A DNA stretch of 64,000 nt from a virus: the IMG/VR virus record IMGVR_UViG_3300000062_000468; one strand, given 5' to 3'. The notes under the pieces were generated by a model. The model was not told the origin of the DNA. It did not search any database and saw only the letters and a program-made list of their open reading frames with translations. The position numbers and the translations under genes were made by a program. Of the stretch, positions 58,112-64,000 are shown in pieces (position 1 is the stretch's first letter; each line of letters starts with the position of its first letter).

Positions 58112-59612
58112 TCCAGTATTATTAATTGACTTTTATAAGGCAACACACGCAGAACAATTTCCGAAAGGATTAACAAAACTTGTTTCGTATTTTACACCAC
58201 GAATGAGTAGATTGAAGCACGAGAATAAGTTGATTCTATTTGGACTACAAGGTTTCATCAAAACATATTTGATTGACTATTTCAATGAATACTTCTTTCA
58301 ACAAAGCGAAGACGATGTAGTTGGTGAATATGAGAGGGTGTTAAACGCAACATTAGGTAAGAATACATATAAGAGTGAAAAGATTCGTGAATTACACAAA
58401 TTAGGATATTTACCTATTCAAATCAATGCATTACCAGAAGGTACTAGAGTTCCGATTCACGTACCAATGATTGAAATGACAAATACTCATCCGGATTTTG
58501 CATGGTTGGTACAGGCGTTAGAATCATTAATGTCAGCCGAATTATGGCATCCTATGGTGTCAGCAAATGTAGGCTACAGATATCGTCAAATAGTCAACGA
58601 GTGGTTTGACAAGACCGTTGAAGACGATATTCCACGTAAGAGAGCATTAGGAGACTTCTCATTTAGGGGTCAAGAGAGTTTACAATCAGCAGAAAAAAGT
58701 TCGGCTGCATGGTTATTGAGTTTTGTAAACACATCTAATGTGCCAGCAATTCTTTATTTAGAGAATAATTACAATTGTGATTGTGAAAAAGAAGAAGTTG
58801 GATTTGGTGCTGTGAGTACAGAGCATAGTTGTATGTGTTCGAATTTTTCAGTAGATGGGGATGAGAGAACCCACGTAAAGAGATTGTTAGAAGAAATTTA
58901 TCCAGACTGTAATTTTAGTATGGTAAGTGATTCTTACGACTATTGGAAGATGTTGACCGAAACATTACCCAGTTTGAAAACTGAGATTATGAACCATAAT
59001 GGGAAGCTGATCGTCCGTCCGGACTCAGGAAATCCAGCAGATATTATTTGTGGGACTTGTTCAGCAGGAGGAAATACACCAGAAGAAAAGGGTTCTATCG
59101 AAGTTCTCTGGGAACAGTTTGGTGGGACTATAAACTCTAAGGGGTATAAAGTGTTAGACCAACATGTTGGTCTTGTATATGGCGATTCAATCACTATTCA
59201 AAGAGCAGAGGATATTTATAGAAGATTAGAAGCGAAAGGATTTGCTGCTAATAATGTTTCATTGGGAGTAGGAAGTTTTTCCATGCAATGTATGGAAGAA
59301 GATGGAGAGCTAAAGCCGTTCACACGAGACACGTACGCTATGGCATTTAAGGCAACTTACGGCGAAATTAATAGAGAACCTATTATGATTTTCAAAAATC
59401 CTAAAACAGATAGTGGTTTTAAGAAATCTCAGAGAGGTATTTGTTGTGTATTCAAAGATGGTGATGGTGAAATTGCCTATGCTGATGGTTTCGACAAGTA
59501 TGTGAGATTTAACGAAGCTAACCTGTTAATGAAAGTGTTTAAAGACGGCGAAATGATTAGAACATCTTTGCTTCAAGACATAAGAAAGAGACTACATGGA
59601 GGTGACTTTTAA
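58098..59612 (+). CDS. Nampt/Namat-family phosphoribosyltransferase
   Basis: DFYKATH, FTPR, DFSFRG, STEHS, VSDSYD, RPDSG, GDSIT and GVGS. Confidence 0.9.
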   Translation: MKRTNPVLLIDFYKATHAEQFPKGLTKLVSYFTPRMSRLKHENKLILFGLQGFIKTYLIDYFNEYFFQQSEDDVVGEYERVLNATLGKNTYKSEKIRELHKLGYLPIQINALPEGTRVPIHVPMIEMTNTHPDFAWLVQALESLMSAELWHPMVSANVGYRYRQIVNEWFDKTVEDDIPRKRALGDFSFRGQESLQSAEKSSAAWLLSFVNTSNVPAILYLENNYNCDCEKEEVGFGAVSTEHSCMCSNFSVDGDERTHVKRLLEEIYPDCNFSMVSDSYDYWKMLTETLPSLKTEIMNHNGKLIVRPDSGNPADIICGTCSAGGNTPEEKGSIEVLWEQFGGTINSKGYKVLDQHVGLVYGDSITIQRAEDIYRRLEAKGFAANNVSLGVGSFSMQCMEEDGELKPFTRDTYAMAFKATYGEINREPIMIFKNPKTDSGFKKSQRGICCVFKDGDGEIAYADGFDKYVRFNEANLLMKVFKDGEMIRTSLLQDIRKRLHGGDF

Positions 59613-60400
59613 TGGGGTATAAATTTGACGCAAAGAAAACAACCGAAGATTTAATTCAATGGATTAGAAACTGGTTTGAGGGAAATGGTAAGGATTGTAA
59701 TGCAGTGATTGGTATTTCTGGTGGTAAAGACTCTTCTGTAGTAGCTAAATTGTGTGTAGAGGCATTAGGTGATGATAGAGTTGTTGGTGTGCTTATGCCA
59801 GATGGTGAACAATATGATATTGATATCTCAAAAAGTGTATGTGAATATCTGAATATTCAAAATTATGAAATTAATGTTGGTGGTGCTACATTAGGGGTAA
59901 TAAGGTCATTGTTTAATTCGGATATTGAAATATCAGAACAGGCGAGGATTAACATGCCAGCTAGAATACGAATGACAACATTATACGCAGTATCTCAATC
60001 CATGAATGGTAGAGTAGCAAATACATGCAATCTATCAGAAGATTGGGTTGGATACTCAACAAGATATGGTGATAGTGTTGGTGATTTCAGTCCACTAAGT
60101 AATTTAACTGTTACAGAAGTAATTGCTATTGGTGAATATTTAGGAATACCCGATAAATTTATTCATAAGACACCTAGCGATGGCTTGTGTGGTATGACGG
60201 ACGAAAAAAATCTTGGATTTACATATGAAGTTTTAGACAAATATATTCGTGAAGGTGTTATTGAAGATATTGAGATTCAAGAAAAGATTGAAGATATGCA
60301 TAATAAGAATTTGTTCAAATTAAGATTGATGGATTGTTTCCCGTATCATATTGAGAAATGGCAATACAATTCAGAGTGGCACATGTTGGAGAAAGTGTAG
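59612..60400 (+). CDS. nadE: NH3-dependent NAD+ synthetase
   Basis: GISGGKDSSV, ARIRM, NLSEDWVGYSTRYGD and PSDGL..TDE. No glutaminase domain. Confidence 0.95.
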   Translation: MGYKFDAKKTTEDLIQWIRNWFEGNGKDCNAVIGISGGKDSSVVAKLCVEALGDDRVVGVLMPDGEQYDIDISKSVCEYLNIQNYEINVGGATLGVIRSLFNSDIEISEQARINMPARIRMTTLYAVSQSMNGRVANTCNLSEDWVGYSTRYGDSVGDFSPLSNLTVTEVIAIGEYLGIPDKFIHKTPSDGLCGMTDEKNLGFTYEVLDKYIREGVIEDIEIQEKIEDMHNKNLFKLRLMDCFPYHIEKWQYNSEWHMLEKV

Positions 60401-60403
60401 GAG

Positions 60404-61135
60404 GTGATTGAAATAGATAAGGTAAAACAAATAGTAAAAGATGAATTTAGGGGATGGAAGTTTTGGGAATTAGCATGGATGGCTATTGCCGTATTGACAA
60501 TCATAGCGGTGTCTATATATTGGAATGAAAGTTTAATAGGAGTCATCTCGGCAGTAACAGGAGTTATTTGTGTTATATGTACAGGAAAAGGGAAGCTGTC
60601 TGCGTATGTTTTTGGCGCAATAAATACGTTGTTGTATGCAATCATAGCCTTTCAAGTTAAGTATTATGGCGAAGTTATGCTTAATGCACTTTATTACTTC
60701 CCACTACAATTTTATGGTTTATACGTTTGGGCTAAACATATGAATCCAGAAACTAATGAAGTTATTAAAATTAGGATGAGTAATAAAAGCCGTGCGATTA
60801 TATTTGGCGCTGTTGCCATAGTTACTTTAGTTTATGGATATGTGTTACAACTAATGGGTGGCAATTTACCATACATAGATGCATTAAGCACAGTTGTCTC
60901 AGTAGTAGCAATGGTTATATCTATTAAAATGTATATGGAACAATGGATTCTCTGGATTTTTGTGGATATCGTCACAGTAATTATGTGGGCTGTCGCATTT
61001 ATGCGAGGAAGCGAAAGTATTGCGACTTTGTTAATGTGGGTTGTCTATCTGGCTAATGCAGTCATTATGTATGTGAAATGGAGTAAAGAGGCTAATAGTA
61101 GAAGTAGCAAAGAGGTGATAGCTAGTGAAATATAA
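60404..61135 (+). CDS. pnuC: PnuC-family nicotinamide riboside transporter
   Basis: Multi-TM protein with KGK..YVFG, YG...W..W, D...T and EQW..W..VD motifs. Confidence 0.9.
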   Translation: MIEIDKVKQIVKDEFRGWKFWELAWMAIAVLTIIAVSIYWNESLIGVISAVTGVICVICTGKGKLSAYVFGAINTLLYAIIAFQVKYYGEVMLNALYYFPLQFYGLYVWAKHMNPETNEVIKIRMSNKSRAIIFGAVAIVTLVYGYVLQLMGGNLPYIDALSTVVSVVAMVISIKMYMEQWILWIFVDIVTVIMWAVAFMRGSESIATLLMWVVYLANAVIMYVKWSKEANSRSSKEVIASEI

Positions 61136-62162
61136 AGTTGGAATGTATGGTGGGTCTTTTGATCCTCTACATTTGGGACATATACATGATATTATCCGTG
61201 CAGCATCAGTGTGTGAAGAATTATATGTGATTATAAGTTGGTGTGAAGGAAGAGAAACCGTTTGTAAAGAACTTATATATCGGTGGATATACAACAATAG
61301 TAAACATCTACATAATGTAACAATTTTAATGTTAGAAGACAAAGCGGTTAGCAAAGAAGAATACGATTCAGATTACTATTGGGAAAAGGGTGCTAATGAT
61401 ATTAAAAACCTTATAGGTAAGCCCATCAATGCAGTATTTTGTGGTTCTGATTATAAAGACAGTGGTCGCTTTGAGGGTTTATATTGTCCGGAAAGCGAAG
61501 TGATTTATTTTGACAGGAGTGAAGTTCCAATTAGTTCTACAGAATTAAGAGATGATATTTACGAAAACTGGCAGTACATACCGCCTATCTGTAGACCCTA
61601 TTACACGAAAAAAGTACTAGTGGTCGGAGGGGAAAGCACAGGGAAGTCAACGTTGGTTAAGAATTTGGCAATTGCCTATAACACAAATTATGTGCGAGAG
61701 ATAGGCAGAGATACTTGCGAAGTTGCTGGCGGTGAAGGTTTTATGAATCAAGATGATTTAATTGAAAATCTTTTGCGCCAAAAGACAGAAGAAATAAAAG
61801 CTGTAGAACAAAGTAATCGCATATTGTTTATTGATACAGATGCAGTTACAACAAAATTTTATTCACAGTTCCTACTAACAGACGTAGAGCAGTTAGAAAG
61901 TTGTAACTTATTAGCAGACGCAATCAGTAGATTAAATAGTTTTGATTTGGTACTGTTTCTCGAACCAACAGTGGAGTTTGTGCAGGACGGAACAAGAAGT
62001 GAAGAAATAGCGTCTGATAGAGAAAAATATAGTTCAGCAATTAAAAAATTATTGGATGATGCTAATATCTTATACCACAGTATTGATGGTGATTATTTGG
62101 AAAGATTTAATAAGGCTAAATGGTTGATTGCAAAAAGATTAGGTATTGTATCTAAATTTTAG
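61125..62162 (+). CDS. nadR: NadR-like bifunctional NMN adenylyltransferase / NR kinase (no HTH domain)
   Basis: GGSFDPLHLGH, ISSTE.R, P-loop GGESTGKST and IDTD. Confidence 0.9.
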   Translation: MKYKVGMYGGSFDPLHLGHIHDIIRAASVCEELYVIISWCEGRETVCKELIYRWIYNNSKHLHNVTILMLEDKAVSKEEYDSDYYWEKGANDIKNLIGKPINAVFCGSDYKDSGRFEGLYCPESEVIYFDRSEVPISSTELRDDIYENWQYIPPICRPYYTKKVLVVGGESTGKSTLVKNLAIAYNTNYVREIGRDTCEVAGGEGFMNQDDLIENLLRQKTEEIKAVEQSNRILFIDTDAVTTKFYSQFLLTDVEQLESCNLLADAISRLNSFDLVLFLEPTVEFVQDGTRSEEIASDREKYSSAIKKLLDDANILYHSIDGDYLERFNKAKWLIAKRLGIVSKF

Positions 62163-62164
62163 AA

Positions 62165-62578
62165 ATGACTATAAATAAGGAGTTCTGTATGGATAACATA
62201 AACCGTGGTTTAAGTAGTACGGAAGTATTTAAACGGGTAGAAGATATGTGTATAAAGAGGATGGATAGAGGATTTGATTGGGATAGGTATAAGAAAGAAA
62301 ATATCGCTGTTAGTTGTAAAACGTTAGAGGAAGCTAGGGATTTTCGTAAAGTAGTAAAAGTTAGAAATGACATGACTTGGTATAACCATTACGCCGAAGA
62401 TTGTCGATTACGTGATTTTTATAATGAAGAAGATTGGTGTTTTACGTGCGAGACAGAATCTAGTGAATTAGGTGGATTTGTTAATGGTGGAAGCGTGGTA
62501 GTTATATATGGTATAGAAGTTGCTAAAGACCACAATTATCAAATACTAGAATGGTCTGATTATATGCTAACCAAATAG
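62165..62578 (+). CDS. Hypothetical protein
   Basis: Co-oriented 137-aa ORF. Confidence 0.65.
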   Translation: MTINKEFCMDNINRGLSSTEVFKRVEDMCIKRMDRGFDWDRYKKENIAVSCKTLEEARDFRKVVKVRNDMTWYNHYAEDCRLRDFYNEEDWCFTCETESSELGGFVNGGSVVVIYGIEVAKDHNYQILEWSDYMLTK

Positions 62579-62757
62579 ATGTTTCATAGGTATCAGGAGG
62601 AAATAGTATATGAATATGAGGTGTTGTTTTGAATGTGAGTATGGAGTAAGAGGCGAAAATATGGATTATTATTGTACAAAAGATGGCAGTGGCGTAAATG
62701 CGATGGATACAAGTCCTCATGATGGCTGTGAAGATTGGGAGGAAAGAGAGGATTAAA

Positions 62758-63006
62758 ATGATTAAAGAAAAATCATTAAAAGAGTTTAGAGAGTCAGGAT
62801 TATTATGGTTTATTAATACCATATTACATATGTTTGGTTGGAGTATTGTAATGGCTTTCGATGGTGAAAGTAATCCGATTTCAATGTATCCGGCAAGATG
62901 TAAGTTTAGAGGCTTTGATGAGAAGAATAACGACGAAGGCTATCAGAAAGTTACAAGGTTCTTGAAAGAGAATATTGATGGGCTTGTAGAAGACTTAGAT
63001 GCATAG
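62758..63006 (+). CDS. Conserved small phage protein
   Basis: KEFRESGLLWFINTILHMFGW..YPARCKFRGF. Confidence 0.75.
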   Translation: MIKEKSLKEFRESGLLWFINTILHMFGWSIVMAFDGESNPISMYPARCKFRGFDEKNNDEGYQKVTRFLKENIDGLVEDLDA

Positions 63007-63448
63007 GAGAATTGTAATGATGACAAAAGAAAATGGGTTATTTATGAATAAGTACCCAAAGGTATTTGCTGTATGTCAAGCTAATGGTGTTACTTTTGAT
63101 GATTTTGATGCAGTTGTATCTAAGTATTTACAATGGTTAGGTAAACAAGATAAGGAAGCAGTCGCCAGAAATTGTTATATACCTAAAAATTCAGAAGAAT
63201 TTCAAATGTATATGCGAATTTATTTGAGTAGCATAGGTCTTCATGAACAGACATATCACACACTTTTAGGAAGAGGATGTGGTAAGACGTTAAATACGAG
63301 AAGAGGATTGGCTACATATTTAGCAGTAACATTTGGACTGGCAGACTGTGTCGCATATAACTATATAACCACAGAATATGTAGATAAGAGGTTAGCCGGC
63401 AGATTGGTACAAAAATTAGATGAGATGAATGAAAAGTCTGTCAAATAG
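62999..63448 (+). CDS. Hypothetical protein
   Basis: Co-oriented ORF with AGGAG RBS. Confidence 0.6.
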   Translation: MHRRIVMMTKENGLFMNKYPKVFAVCQANGVTFDDFDAVVSKYLQWLGKQDKEAVARNCYIPKNSEEFQMYMRIYLSSIGLHEQTYHTLLGRGCGKTLNTRRGLATYLAVTFGLADCVAYNYITTEYVDKRLAGRLVQKLDEMNEKSVK

Positions 63449-64000
63449 ACATTTGGTATGGCTTAACGGTTCTAATACAGGAAATGTAATTTAGATGTAT
63501 TGTCTCACATTAATAAGAAGAAAGCAAAATTAGATAAGATTAGAAAAAGCGAGGTAAGAGAATGATAGGATTAATTAGGTTATGTCCAAAATGTGGTATA
63601 TCACCAGAACCTAGACTTACAGTTGATAATAAGACGGAGATAATTAGAAAAGATGCATCTGAGAGTGCATCAATAACAAAGATGTATCACTAGATACATC
63701 AACCGGAAAGTGAGAAAGTTTAGATGATATTTGAAGAAAGAATTAGTCAAGCAGTAAGCGAAAAATTAAATGATGGTTCAATAGATGAACTGATTAATAA
63801 TAAGTTAGAAGAGGCAGTTGCAAAAACTCTAGATGATACATTGGGTTGGAATGGTAAAGGACGTGAATTATTAAAATCTAAAGTAGAAGATATTTTAATT
63901 CCTTGTATCGAAAGACATGACTTTAATCAGTATTTAGTTAAATTAGATACTTGTTTAACAGAAATGATTAATAACACAAGCCTCGCTGATAACAAGACAA

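Noticed and set aside
205-63448. Many short ORF-track entries antisense to, or nested in, longer genes (e.g. 205-558, 11005-11481, 34410-34793, 40234-40662, 55109-55438)
   Set aside because: They lack an RBS or recognisable motifs and are explained as shadow frames of real genes.

Overview
This is a 64-kb, AT-rich segment of a large, probably temperate SPbeta-like phage or prophage with a Firmicutes (likely Clostridia) host. Genes from 1 to about 20.5 kb run on the minus strand: terminase large subunit, tyrosine recombinase, two tRNA clusters, holin, metallophosphoesterase, candidate large structured RNAs, and a YonO-type single-subunit RNA polymerase. A group I intron splits the polymerase inside its catalytic DxDGD motif. 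A gene-poor divergence zone (16.3-21.3 kb) carries strong sigmaA promoters and three XRE-HTH genes. The plus-strand arm (21-64 kb) holds early and accessory genes: toxin-antitoxin modules, a macrodomain, a dead TnpB, a CCA-adding enzyme with a nucleotidyltransferase and an RNA ligase, and an orphan MazF beside an MrpR-like repressor. It also carries a complete diversity-generating retroelement (target-avd-TR-RT) with a second target about 22 kb away, and a six-gene NAD+ operon (pncA, PRPP-synthetase/Adps-like, Nampt/Namat-like, nadE, pnuC, nadR-like). The most notable signals are: (1) the NAD operon, whose Nampt-like enzyme appears to carry the nicotinate-type Ser instead of Asp, suggesting a deamidating NAD reconstitution route; (2) the two-target DGR acting on apparently non-virion proteins; (3) about 35 same-strand GTGGAAA motifs confined to 21.6-32.9 kb. 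Several genes have single indels, some in homopolymer runs and probably sequencing errors, so pseudogene calls are provisional. All family assignments come from motif recognition by eye; no database search was run.
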